64,000 nucleotides of DNA from Myxococcota bacterium (GTDB taxonomy: Bacteria > Myxococcota_A > UBA9160 > UBA6930). How positions within the stretch are numbered: position 1 is the stretch's first letter; each line of letters starts with the position of its first letter. The stretch lies in NCBI GenBank assembly GCA_965223705.1, contig OZ245015.1:2912001-2976000 (forward strand), in the 5' to 3' direction. The position numbers and the translations under genes are program-made. This document shows positions 9,260 through 17,946 of this stretch, one piece after another. The notes below the pieces were generated by a model that was not told the DNA's origin, did not search any database, and worked only from the letters and a program-made list of their open reading frames with translations.

Positions 9260-10699
9260 TCAGAACGTCGTGGTGTGGGTGTAGGCGCCAGCGTCGAAAT
9301 GCCAAAGGTGCTCTCGCCCCTGGTTGTCTCGCCACAGAATTTCTGCCTTTCCGTCACCATCAAAATCATCGACGGCGAGAATGCTCGCGCGCCGGCTGGT
9401 TGACGGGAGCGGAAGCTGCAGCTGGAATTGGCCACCCGCCAGCCGCCAATAAACCGCAGCGCCACTGCGTGGATTGTGCCAGACGAGATCCCCGGCCCCG
9501 TCACCGGTGATGTCACCAGCCGCAGAGATCTTCCAGCCGATCGTAGACGTCGGCAGGGGCAGTTGGGTTTCAAACGAGCCGTTCGAGAATGTCCAATACA
9601 CCGAGCGACCGCGTGACGAGCTATGCCACACCATCTCGTCGATGCCGTCTCGATTGAGATCTGTCACCGCCTTGACGCGCCATCCCGCCGTGGAACTCGG
9701 GAGCGGCAACTGTTCCAAAAAGGATCCGTTCTGGAAGCGCCAGTAGACGTTCCCTCCGACTCTAGAGGAATGCCAAATCAGCTCTGAAATCGAATCTCCA
9801 TCGAGGTCTCCCGCCCCGGAGATACCCCAGCCAAAGCTGTTGCCCGGGAGAGCGATCGACTCCTGCAATTGCCCACCTTCGAGGATGAGCATTGTCGAGG
9901 CGTGTCTCCTACGGTTGTGCGCGACCAAGTCTGCGTCGCCGTCGCCATCGAAATCGCCTTGCGCCGCGATCTGCCACCCTCGACCGAGTTGCGGAAGCGA
10001 CCTTTCTTCACGGACCCCGTCGCTGTCGAGCAGCCGCAGGGTGACCTGACCGGCCCCCCCAGTACGAAGCACATCCGCGATCCCGTCGCCGTCAAAATCG
10101 TTGCGAGCGTCTCCGTTTCCGCGCAGCGGGGCGGCTTCCTCGACGGGCGGTGCAGGCGCTTCCTCCTCGGCCGGGGCCGGCGGCGACGGCGCGGGCACGT
10201 CCTCCTCAACGGGCGGCGGCGGCGGCGCGGGCGGGTCCGGCTCCGCCGGCGGATTGGCGGGCGGTTGCGTCTCTTCTTCCTCAGCCGGGGGCGGCGGCGC
10301 GGGTGCTTCTTCCTCTGCCGGCGGCGAAGGAGGAGGCGTGACAGGCGGCGAAGGAGGAGGCGTGACAGGCGGCGGAGGAGGAGGCGGCGCGGCCGCAAAG
10401 GTAAAGACGTCTGACGGATCGGAGAGCGGTCCCTCGGCGCCGACCGCGTCGCGTCCTGCAACGCGGATCTGGAAGCTCTCGCCGGGCTGGCCCATCACGG
10501 TGACCGCGGTGCCGGGTACGGCCTGCTCGAAGGTGTAGGCGCCGCCTTCCCGGGAGATATATACGGCGTAGTCGACGACGGGCCCGGAGGCGCTGAACCA
10601 GCGGACTTCAGCGCTCGTTCCCGGGACGGTGATCGCGCTCGCTGCTGATGCGACCATGGCACAGGCGAGGAGCAGGATGAACGCAAGGGATCGGTTCAT
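9260..10699 (-). CDS. secreted FG-GAP/VCBS-repeat protein with N-terminal FN3-like domain and Pro/Glu-rich linker
   Basis: Signal peptide; FN3-like segment (VRWFS...Y...FQIRVAGRDAVGAEGPLSDPS); about six DxDGDG-type Ca-binding repeats (DFDGDGIAD, GDFDGDGDAD, GDLDGDSISE, DLNRDGIDE, GDITGDGAGD, DDFDGDGKAE). Confidence 0.8.
   Translation of the reverse strand: MNRSLAFILLLACAMVASAASAITVPGTSAEVRWFSASGPVVDYAVYISREGGAYTFEQAVPGTAVTVMGQPGESFQIRVAGRDAVGAEGPLSDPSDVFTFAAAPPPPPPPVTPPPSPPVTPPPSPPAEEEAPAPPPPAEEEETQPPANPPAEPDPPAPPPPPVEEDVPAPSPPAPAEEEAPAPPVEEAAPLRGNGDARNDFDGDGIADVLRTGGAGQVTLRLLDSDGVREERSLPQLGRGWQIAAQGDFDGDGDADLVAHNRRRHASTMLILEGGQLQESIALPGNSFGWGISGAGDLDGDSISELIWHSSRVGGNVYWRFQNGSFLEQLPLPSSTAGWRVKAVTDLNRDGIDEMVWHSSSRGRSVYWTFSNGSFETQLPLPTSTIGWKISAAGDITGDGAGDLVWHNPRSGAAVYWRLAGGQFQLQLPLPSTSRRASILAVDDFDGDGKAEILWRDNQGREHLWHFDAGAYTHTTTF
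10320..10367. repeat. 24-bp tandem repeat x2 (GGCGGCGAAGGAGGAGGCGTGACA) encoding VTPPPSPP in the linker
   Basis: Two exact copies read directly in the sequence, followed by a degenerate third copy. Confidence 0.85.
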
Positions 10700-10756
10700 G
10701 CGGGGGCACCTTTCGATGAAGCGATGCCCCTGACTCGACCTGTGAAAGTCGAAATC

Positions 10757-10774
10757 TCGTGACTTCAGTCACGA
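10757..10774. promoter_or_regulatory. perfect inverted repeat TCGTGACT-tc-AGTCACGA upstream of the FG-GAP gene
   Basis: 8-bp arms read directly; lies in an AT-richer intergenic region about 60 bp upstream of the start codon. Confidence 0.5.
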
Positions 10775-10935
10775 AACTATGTTGTTTTCAACCCATTCTG
10801 GTCATCAGACGGATGATTTTGCCCCAATTTAATGAGGCAAATCCCACTCGTATGGAGATCCCTGCACATTGGGGTTGACGCAGGTTTTTTGTCGTTTGAA
10901 TGCGTCCCGGGCCCACCCGGTCGCATGCCGGCGGA

Positions 10936-12486
10936 CTAGTCGCCGAAGACCCGGCGCAGGTGTTCGGGCGGAAGATCGTCCGTGACCCAGGAGATCACCA
11001 CGCTGGCCAACAGCGAGGCGAACCCGCCCAGTGTCGCGCAAGCGAACGGGTTCGGTGCTTGGGCCGCCAGCCAGCCCATCACGCCGGAGTCTCCGGTGAT
11101 CCACCCGACCTTGAGAACGATGAACACCGCCGCGCCCGCGAAGAAGCCGGCGATCGCGCCACCGCGGGTGAGCCCACGCCAGAGCACGCCCAGCATGAAC
11201 GGGCCGGACAGTGCTGCCATCATGCCCCCGACCCCCGCCCAGATGAGGAGGGCGACGTTCATCTTTTGAAACGCCCAGGCCATGGCCATCGCGGCGATCA
11301 TCACGACCGCCGTCGCGACGCGACTGATCTGGAGGGCCTTGTGGTCGACGTACGCCGCGCCCTCCTCCCTGTGCCACCGCGGTGCGAGCGAGCAGCGGTA
11401 GATGTCGTTCGCGAAAATTTGCGAGGCCGAAACGGCGAGCCCGTCTGCCGTCGACATCACGGCGGCCAGGACCCCTGCTCCGAGGAGCGCGGCGAGCCAC
11501 GTCGGGAGCAGAGCGATAAAGAGCGCGGGGATCGAATAGTTCGGGTCGAGATCTCCCGTGAAGAGCGCATCACCGAGGACGGCTCGGGCGAGAACGCCGC
11601 CCAAAGTGATGCCCGGAAGGATGAAGCCGAACACGAACGCCAACGACAAAAAGATGCGCCGGCTGCTGCCATCGCGGAGGGCCCAAAGCTTGTTCCCCAC
11701 GTGGGGCAGCATGCCGAGCGGCAAATGGGCCGCGAAGATCGCGAAGACGCCCCACCAGCTGCCCACCAGCGGGTGGCCTTCTCGCAACACCGCCACGTTT
11801 TGTGGATCGAGTTCTTCAAGGCGCGAGACCATTCCGGAGAACCCGCCTTCCACACCGTACCCGACCCAGAACATCCCGATGACGCCGATGGCCAGAACGA
11901 TCATCAAGGCGCCCTGGACACCGTCGGTGAGGATGTCCGCGTGGGCCCCGCCGATCGCGATATAGACGAGCAACACAGCACTCGTGATCACCAGCGCCCA
12001 GAACTTCGGGATGCCGATCATCTGCTCGAACATGACGGTTCCCGCGAGCAGCTGCGCCGCGAGGTAGAAGAGCAGCAGCAACGAGAAGATCGCCACCACG
12101 AGGCGCAGGAACTCCGACTGATAGCGATCGCCCAGGTACTCGGGGACGGACCGGTTTCCGAACACGTGGCCGGCGCGCTGGACGACACGCATACAGAGGA
12201 GAATTCCGGTGTAGACCCCGGCCGGGTAGACGAACGCGTACCAAAGGCCGGAGATCCCGGCGGAATACGCAATCGCCGGGAGCCCGAGGAACGTTCCCCC
12301 GCTGGCGGCCGTCGCGACCAACGCGAAAGACAGAAAAACGGGCCCGTAGCTGCCTCGCGCCGTGGCGAAATCGTCGCCGCTACGGACCCGCCGCATGCCG
12401 ATGATCCCGCACACGACCATGATTGCGATGTACATCAGCAAGAAGACGATGGACCAGGTCTTGAGTGCGGGGTCGAGTTCGGGCAT
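10936..12486 (-). CDS. sodium:solute symporter (SSS, PutP/PanF-like)
   Basis: About 13 hydrophobic segments; ATAASGGTFLGLPA, SVPEYLGDRY, TDGVQG, LAAVMSTADG. Confidence 0.9.
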   Translation of the reverse strand: MPELDPALKTWSIVFLLMYIAIMVVCGIIGMRRVRSGDDFATARGSYGPVFLSFALVATAASGGTFLGLPAIAYSAGISGLWYAFVYPAGVYTGILLCMRVVQRAGHVFGNRSVPEYLGDRYQSEFLRLVVAIFSLLLLFYLAAQLLAGTVMFEQMIGIPKFWALVITSAVLLVYIAIGGAHADILTDGVQGALMIVLAIGVIGMFWVGYGVEGGFSGMVSRLEELDPQNVAVLREGHPLVGSWWGVFAIFAAHLPLGMLPHVGNKLWALRDGSSRRIFLSLAFVFGFILPGITLGGVLARAVLGDALFTGDLDPNYSIPALFIALLPTWLAALLGAGVLAAVMSTADGLAVSASQIFANDIYRCSLAPRWHREEGAAYVDHKALQISRVATAVVMIAAMAMAWAFQKMNVALLIWAGVGGMMAALSGPFMLGVLWRGLTRGGAIAGFFAGAAVFIVLKVGWITGDSGVMGWLAAQAPNPFACATLGGFASLLASVVISWVTDDLPPEHLRRVFGD

Positions 12487-12585
12487 AGGTTCGCGTTTGT
12501 AACACCGATCGCCGGACCGGATCTACCCCGAAGGCACAGGGATGGCGGCCGCAAACGCCCCCGGCCGCGTGCTAAAGTGCGCGAT

Positions 12586-13002
12586 GTGAAAGGCCATTTC
12601 GCCGCGCTCGTGGCCGCGCTCGTCGCGCTGGTTGCCCTCGACGCGGGGTGCGTTCAACAAAGCGCACGCCGCCCGCGGATCGACCGCTTCAGCGATGCGC
12701 CGCTCGTTCCCGTGGGTCGATCGGACATCCCGCGCTCGGGCAAGGTCACGTATCGCATCTCCTCGCTCGAGCAGAGCGAGGGCGGGCAAGCATTTCTCGA
12801 TATCGACCTCATGAACGGATCCGCCAGGGGCTTCCGCTCGGCGAACGTGGTTGTCACGTTTCTCGGCCGAGACGGTGCGAGCAAACGCGTGAGACGCGCG
12901 CTGGGGCCTCTGTTCGAAGGCGCCACGGAACGCGTCGTGGTTCGCTCGACCCTCGACTTCGATCTCGAAGACGTGCAGGTCGCCGTTCAGATGACCATGT
13001 AG
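12586..13002 (+). CDS. hypothetical lipoprotein (138 aa)
   Basis: GTG at 12586 gives MKGHFAALVAALVALVALDAGC (lipobox-like) followed by a beta-rich domain; it is the tail of the spurious 10900..13002 ORF; TAAAGT -10-like hexamer 7 nt upstream. Confidence 0.65.
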   Translation: MKGHFAALVAALVALVALDAGCVQQSARRPRIDRFSDAPLVPVGRSDIPRSGKVTYRISSLEQSEGGQAFLDIDLMNGSARGFRSANVVVTFLGRDGASKRVRRALGPLFEGATERVVVRSTLDFDLEDVQVAVQMTM

Positions 13003-13024
13003 GGCCGGCGCCCGACCGCCCTTT

Positions 13025-15232
13025 CTACCCCGGGCAACTGTCCGCGATCTCGGTGAGCTCGGCTCGGACCGGATCGGCGAAAACCCGCCCGCTCGCGAGC
13101 AAAGACGCTGCCACGGCGCAGCCGTCCTGCGCTTTTCCCGGAGCGGCGCGGAGGGTCCGGGCGACGCCGACGCGCGCTTCCGCCCACTGCTCGCTTTCCG
13201 GCGGCACGAGTTGGCTCGCACGGTGCCAGATCAACGTGGCGCGGTCGGGCAGGTCGAGAGATTCAAAGAGTGTCGCCGCGCCGTGAAGGGTTCCGAGCGC
13301 GCGCGGCTCGGTGGACAGCGTCTCGTCGAGGAGCGTCACCGCTCCGTCGATGTCGCCCGCGCGCGAAGACGCCTCGGCTTCACGCAGGGTGAGATCCGCG
13401 ACGAGCTCGACCTCGACGTCGTCAGGACGCTTCGCGCGCAGCGCCGCGAGCAGCTTCGCGTGAACCGCCGGGTTGGGCGCGGCTTCCGGCGGAACGGCGG
13501 CGAAGATCGCCGCGAGCTGCCAGCGATCGCGTTTCGCGCCGGGCCCCGCTTCGAGCATTCGTCGCGCGCGATCTTGTGCGTCCGCGTGCCGCCCGACTCG
13601 CCACAGCGCGACGAGACGCGTGCGGGTCGTCTCGAAATCGTCGCGAAGCGTGAGCAGGGTATCGAGTGCGGGTGTCACCTTCCCCTCCGCGATCTGTTGC
13701 CTCGCACGTGCGAGTCCCAGCTCCTGGGCGTAGGTCTTCTTTGTGGCCGCCGGGATTCCCGCAACAGCGTGCAATGCGCGGGCGAGCTTCTGCGCCGGCG
13801 CGCGGAGGTTGACGCGCTCTTGCAGCGAACGCTCGAGCTCCGACTGCAGCTTGGAAGACAAGAGGAGCGCCTTCTGAAGCTCGACGGCTTCGCCTCCCGC
13901 CTTGTTTCGTGTATCGACGCGCTCGAGGATGCGAATCGCGCGATCGGGGTTGGCGGTCGCCGCCGCGCGGCCGAGCGCCCGGTGGACGGCGACTTCCCCC
14001 GCCTCAGCGCTGTCGGGAGCATCCTTGGCCACCCAGGCCGACGCGTCGGCGACGGCGCGGTTCGCGCCCGCGCCGCCTTCCGCCTGCCAAGATCGCGCCG
14101 CGTCATAGGCCAGGCGCGCGACGTCGGGCCGGAGCGACGACTGCGGATGATCGGTGCGAAAACGCTGACTGGCGGCGTAGGCCTGTGCGAACCGTCCCGC
14201 GCGGTACTCGGCTTCCGCGAGCCGAGCGACCACGACGTCCCGTCGCAACCCGGGCAACGGGCCTCCACGCAACGCCCGGTCGAGGTGCGCGGCCGCGCGC
14301 GATGGTTCGTCCTTTCCGGCGGCGAGGCCCGCTAGAGCGGAACCGACAGCGCCGAGACCGAGTCCGTCCAAGAACGCCGCGTCGAGCCCCGCCGCGGCGA
14401 GGTGCGCGGTGGCCTGGCCGGCGCTCTTGCCTTCCATCAACGCCTTGGCGGTCTCGCTGATCGCCGACGATCGTTTCGCACGGTCTTTGGCACCGAGGAA
14501 CGCCTCGAGTCTCATCAGGAGGAGCTCTTCGTTGCGTGTCCCCTCGGTTTCTTTCAGGACTTCCTCGAGCTTCCCCTCGGCGGCCGCCGTTCGCGCCCGC
14601 TCGACGCGGACACGCTCGTGGAAATCGGGCGGCGCATCGCGGAAGACCTTGCCGAGGCGGTCCAGGGTCGCGCGCGCTTTTGCGGTCTGCCCCAGGCCGC
14701 GCTGCAACGATGCGACCGCGAGCAGCGTCTCGCGACCGACGGCCGGGTCTCGGACGCGAGGCAGTGCGCGACCGAACGCCCGGAGCGCTTGCTGAAAGTA
14801 ACCGCGCTGGCGTGTGCGACTCGCGCCACTGCGCTGCGCAGCGTGCCCCAAGCGAAAGAGCACCCAACCGCGCCAGTAGTCGATCTCGCCCGACAGGTGA
14901 TCCATCTGCAGCCACTCCGAAGAACCGTAGAGGGCATCGAGCGCCGCTTCGTCGTCCGCAATGGCGTTTTCTCTCCGGTCGCGCAGTGAGGTCAGCCCAC
15001 TTTGGGCGCTTTGCAACGCCGCGAGGGCGTCCTCGAGGCGCGCCGCTGGGAGGCCGTCGCCCCGCCCGAGCACCTCCGCCGTGTCGCGAACGACCGCCTT
15101 GAGCCCCGGCAAGTCGCCGGACTGTGCCGCGCGCTTTGCGCGCCCCGCGAGCTCCGTCGCCGCTATACCGGGTGCCGCGAGCACAGCGGTGAGCAAACCG
15201 ACGATCACGAGGTAGCGCGCGAAGAGCAGCAT
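13025..15232 (-). CDS. large secreted alpha-helical (TPR-like) protein
   Basis: Signal peptide; TPR-like segments (IDYWRGWVLFRLG, LAEAEYRAGRFAQAYAASQRFRTDHPQS, SSRAGDIDGAVTLL); TAATG coupling to exbD. Confidence 0.7.
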   Translation of the reverse strand: MLLFARYLVIVGLLTAVLAAPGIAATELAGRAKRAAQSGDLPGLKAVVRDTAEVLGRGDGLPAARLEDALAALQSAQSGLTSLRDRRENAIADDEAALDALYGSSEWLQMDHLSGEIDYWRGWVLFRLGHAAQRSGASRTRQRGYFQQALRAFGRALPRVRDPAVGRETLLAVASLQRGLGQTAKARATLDRLGKVFRDAPPDFHERVRVERARTAAAEGKLEEVLKETEGTRNEELLLMRLEAFLGAKDRAKRSSAISETAKALMEGKSAGQATAHLAAAGLDAAFLDGLGLGAVGSALAGLAAGKDEPSRAAAHLDRALRGGPLPGLRRDVVVARLAEAEYRAGRFAQAYAASQRFRTDHPQSSLRPDVARLAYDAARSWQAEGGAGANRAVADASAWVAKDAPDSAEAGEVAVHRALGRAAATANPDRAIRILERVDTRNKAGGEAVELQKALLLSSKLQSELERSLQERVNLRAPAQKLARALHAVAGIPAATKKTYAQELGLARARQQIAEGKVTPALDTLLTLRDDFETTRTRLVALWRVGRHADAQDRARRMLEAGPGAKRDRWQLAAIFAAVPPEAAPNPAVHAKLLAALRAKRPDDVEVELVADLTLREAEASSRAGDIDGAVTLLDETLSTEPRALGTLHGAATLFESLDLPDRATLIWHRASQLVPPESEQWAEARVGVARTLRAAPGKAQDGCAVAASLLASGRVFADPVRAELTEIADSCPG

Positions 15233-15675
15233 TAGAGCACGTCTCCGAGCTCGCCGAGCGTCACGCGCTTGCGTCCCGCCGCGAGCGCCGCGTCGTAGGC
15301 GTCGACGACTTTTGAATACGGCACATCGTCGTCCCCGACAACGACGACGGGGATCGAGCCCGGGAGACCGCGCAAACGCGCGACCAGTTCCTCCGCGGTG
15401 GTGACCGCGGTTCCAGCCGCGAACCAGGCCGGCCCTTGTTCCGTGTTGCGCACAGCCACGCGGTAGGGTTCGAGAAACTGCTCGACCGTCGGAGGTTCCT
15501 TCTCGGGGAGACGGACCTCAAAACGATCTTCCCTCGGGATGAAGCGAGCTGTGAGCACCAGGAACAGGAGGAGAAGAAAGACGACATCGACCAACGGGGT
15601 CAAGCCCGAGGTCGACGCCGCGGACGCGCCGTGGGGCGCGCGCCGAACCTGCTGGCGCCCGCGCAATCTCCTCAT
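15232..15675 (-). CDS. exbD: ExbD/TolR family protein (second copy)
   Basis: LTPLVDVVFLLLLFLVL transmembrane segment with the essential Asp; VVVGDDDVPYSKVVDAYD; ATG at 15675. Confidence 0.88.
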   Translation of the reverse strand: MRRLRGRQQVRRAPHGASAASTSGLTPLVDVVFLLLLFLVLTARFIPREDRFEVRLPEKEPPTVEQFLEPYRVAVRNTEQGPAWFAAGTAVTTAEELVARLRGLPGSIPVVVVGDDDVPYSKVVDAYDAALAAGRKRVTLGELGDVL

Positions 15676-16085
15676 CGCGCGCTCCCCGACGTCTCGGGCG
15701 TAACCATGAGGCGAACGTTCGGAACGCCTTCCTCGCGAAGCACCGAGAGCACACGTTTCATCGTTCCGTAGTTCACGCTCCCATCGCCGCGAAGACGTAC
15801 CATCGTCGCGCCCCGCGCCGACAACTCCGAGGCGATGGAATCGAGTCCGGTCGGTTCTCCAGAAAGGTGCAGCGCGCCGCCTCGCGTAACGGTTATGACG
15901 GGCTCGCCGCCCGGACGGTCGGTTTCCTTCGCCTCGGTGGCCTCGGGCAACGCCACTTGGACCAGCTGCTGCTGAATCACTCCCTGTGCCAGTGCGAAAA
16001 ACAGCACGAGCAACATGACGAGGTCGATCAACGGCATGAGGACAGCGCCGAGCCGTCCCCATGCGGCGGAGCTACTTCGCTTCAT
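15672..16085 (-). CDS. exbD: ExbD/TolR family protein (first copy)
   Basis: LMPLIDLVMLLVLFF, VALPEA, LRGDGSVNYGTMKRVL; ATG at 16085 overlaps the exbB stop. Confidence 0.88.
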   Translation of the reverse strand: MKRSSSAAWGRLGAVLMPLIDLVMLLVLFFALAQGVIQQQLVQVALPEATEAKETDRPGGEPVITVTRGGALHLSGEPTGLDSIASELSARGATMVRLRGDGSVNYGTMKRVLSVLREEGVPNVRLMVTPETSGSAR

Positions 16086-16873
16086 GCCGAAACGCGACGG
16101 CCGCCGTGAGACAGGCTTTCCGGAAGCGCCGCTACTGCGTTCTCCCCGGCTGCGACGCCCGTCGCCTGAACGTGATCCGCCCGGTTGCGCAAGATCGTGT
16201 AGAGCAACAGGATGGGGATCGCGACGGAAAGCCCCATCATGGTGGTGACGAGCGCCTGAAAAATACCTGCGGAGAGTTGGACCGGATCCACCGGGCCCGT
16301 CGATTGAGACAGGGCGGCAAAGGTTTTCACCATCCCGGTCACGGTGCCGAGCAAACCCAGCATCGGCGCAATGGTCGCGATCAAGTTCAAGTACTCGACG
16401 CGGCGTACGACGCCGCTCATCCAACTTTCGGCTGCGTCCGCCATCACGTTGCGCGCTTCGGGTCGGCCGTCTTCCAGGGCTTCAATGCCCGAACGGAGGA
16501 TATGCCCGAGAAACGTCGGGCTCTTCCGACTGGCGGCGAGAGCCGCGGCGGCGTCACCTCCGCGAAGTGCCTCGCCGACCTCGTGCGCGAGCTTCGCCGG
16601 TACCAACGACTTTGCGCGGAGCTCGAAGAAGAACACCGCCGCTAATGCCAGACCGACGATCGAGAGCGCGAGAATCGCGTAGCCTACCGTACCGCCGTAA
16701 CCCAGGACCTCGGCGAAATCGATGTCCGCCTCTTCCGAGGCGCTCGGTGTAGCCGCAGGCTCCGCGAGGACGGGTGCCGAGTCGGGCTCTTGCGCTGAAC
16801 TGATCGACACCGTCGACAACAGCGCGCCGAGCACGGCGAGGATGAGCCAGAAAGGCTTGATGTTGCTTCTCAT
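16082..16873 (-). CDS. exbB: MotA/TolQ/ExbB proton channel protein with cleavable signal peptide
   Basis: IATIAPMLGLLGTVTGMV and GIFQALVTTMMGLSVAIP signature helices; ATG at 16873 overlaps the vWA stop. Confidence 0.9.
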   Translation of the reverse strand: MRSNIKPFWLILAVLGALLSTVSISSAQEPDSAPVLAEPAATPSASEEADIDFAEVLGYGGTVGYAILALSIVGLALAAVFFFELRAKSLVPAKLAHEVGEALRGGDAAAALAASRKSPTFLGHILRSGIEALEDGRPEARNVMADAAESWMSGVVRRVEYLNLIATIAPMLGLLGTVTGMVKTFAALSQSTGPVDPVQLSAGIFQALVTTMMGLSVAIPILLLYTILRNRADHVQATGVAAGENAVAALPESLSHGGRRVSA

Positions 16874-17946
16874 TCGAGTCCTCCGAGAAACGGAACCAAC
16901 CAGTCGAGCCACTGCGTTCCGAAAATGGCTACCGCGAGATTGCGGGCAACCTGAGCGGTGCCGCCGAGATTGACGACTTCACCGCCTCCGGCGTTCGCCA
17001 GCTCGGCAAACTGCGGAATGAGTCCGCTCGATTGGTACGCCGGCTCCACGCCGTGCAGCTTTCGCAAGACCTCGGGATTCGAGATCAACGACACGTCGAG
17101 CAGGGTCACGACCCCACCGCGCCGGTGGAACGCTCCGACGCGGTCGATGAGCCGCCCCATCGTCTCGGGATGTGGCGGCGCGTCTCCGACCACGATGACG
17201 ACTTGAACCGCCTGCGAGCGGAACCCGGTCTTCTCGATCGCCGCTTCCATCGCAGAGTCAATCGCTTCAAAAATGTCTCCGCCCCCTTCGGCGTCGAGGG
17301 CGTGAAGGAACTCGCGAAGGCGCGCGTTCCGATACGTCAGGGGCAGGACCTTCGTCACGTAGGCCGAGTCGTAGTCGCGATAGGCCACGACGCCAAACCG
17401 CGTCTTCGGCACGAAGCCGCGAACGACGCGCACGAGCTCGTCGATGCGATCCCGCACTTCCTCGATCACCCAGCCCATGCTCCCCGTCGTGTCGATGGCG
17501 AGTACGACGTCGAGTCCGTGGCGTCGCATCTCGTCGAGCATGTCGTCGAAGCTGCCGAACGCACCGGGGCGGCCCGCGCCGAACGACGGCGCCAGTTGCG
17601 CCACGGCGCTCGGTTGAGACTCGAAGATCTGGGTCGCTTCCGCCGTGATGGGGTCGGGGCGGAACGTCCTCGTCGGAAGGGGACGGACCGTGGTGACTTT
17701 GGGTTTCGGCCTGGGAATCGGCTTGGGTTCCGGTGCGGCCTCGGCCGAGGTCGCGGCTTCGGGGGCCAGCGTCAACGCGGTTTCCGTCTCTTCGGGTGCG
17801 CCGGGCAGCCCGAGCCTGACGCCTCGCATGTACGCGAACAACGCGATGTGAAGGAGCACCGAGAACGCGAGCCCCAGCAGGACCCAACGATTCGTCTGCC
17901 AGGAAGACGGACCCGGCGCGCGCGGCGTCTGCATGGGCTCGCTCAC
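16870..17946 (-). CDS. membrane-anchored vWA-domain protein with TonB-like N-terminal anchor and Pro/Lys linker
   Basis: TM segment WVLLGLAFSVLLHIALF (S29xxxH33), linker APEPKPIPRPKPKV, MIDAS-type IDTTGSM, VAYRDY, GGGDIFE, VIVVGDAPPH. Confidence 0.85.
   Translation of the reverse strand: MSEPMQTPRAPGPSSWQTNRWVLLGLAFSVLLHIALFAYMRGVRLGLPGAPEETETALTLAPEAATSAEAAPEPKPIPRPKPKVTTVRPLPTRTFRPDPITAEATQIFESQPSAVAQLAPSFGAGRPGAFGSFDDMLDEMRRHGLDVVLAIDTTGSMGWVIEEVRDRIDELVRVVRGFVPKTRFGVVAYRDYDSAYVTKVLPLTYRNARLREFLHALDAEGGGDIFEAIDSAMEAAIEKTGFRSQAVQVVIVVGDAPPHPETMGRLIDRVGAFHRRGGVVTLLDVSLISNPEVLRKLHGVEPAYQSSGLIPQFAELANAGGGEVVNLGGTAQVARNLAVAIFGTQWLDWLVPFLGGLE

Noticed and set aside
10800..10885. c-di-GMP-I (GEMM) riboswitch suggested by GGCAAA...GACGCA
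   Set aside because: Spacing and GNRA loop do not fit, and the best match is on the strand opposite the downstream gene.
10900..12585. First 562 codons of the 700-aa plus-strand ORF
   Set aside because: Antisense to the SSS symporter; only the tail from GTG 12586 looks like a real lipoprotein.
15232..16873. Zorya-type defence or flagellar MotAB interpretation of the motor genes
   Set aside because: Partners are ExbD-type without an OmpA-like peptidoglycan-binding domain; no long ZorA tail, nuclease, helicase or flagellar genes.
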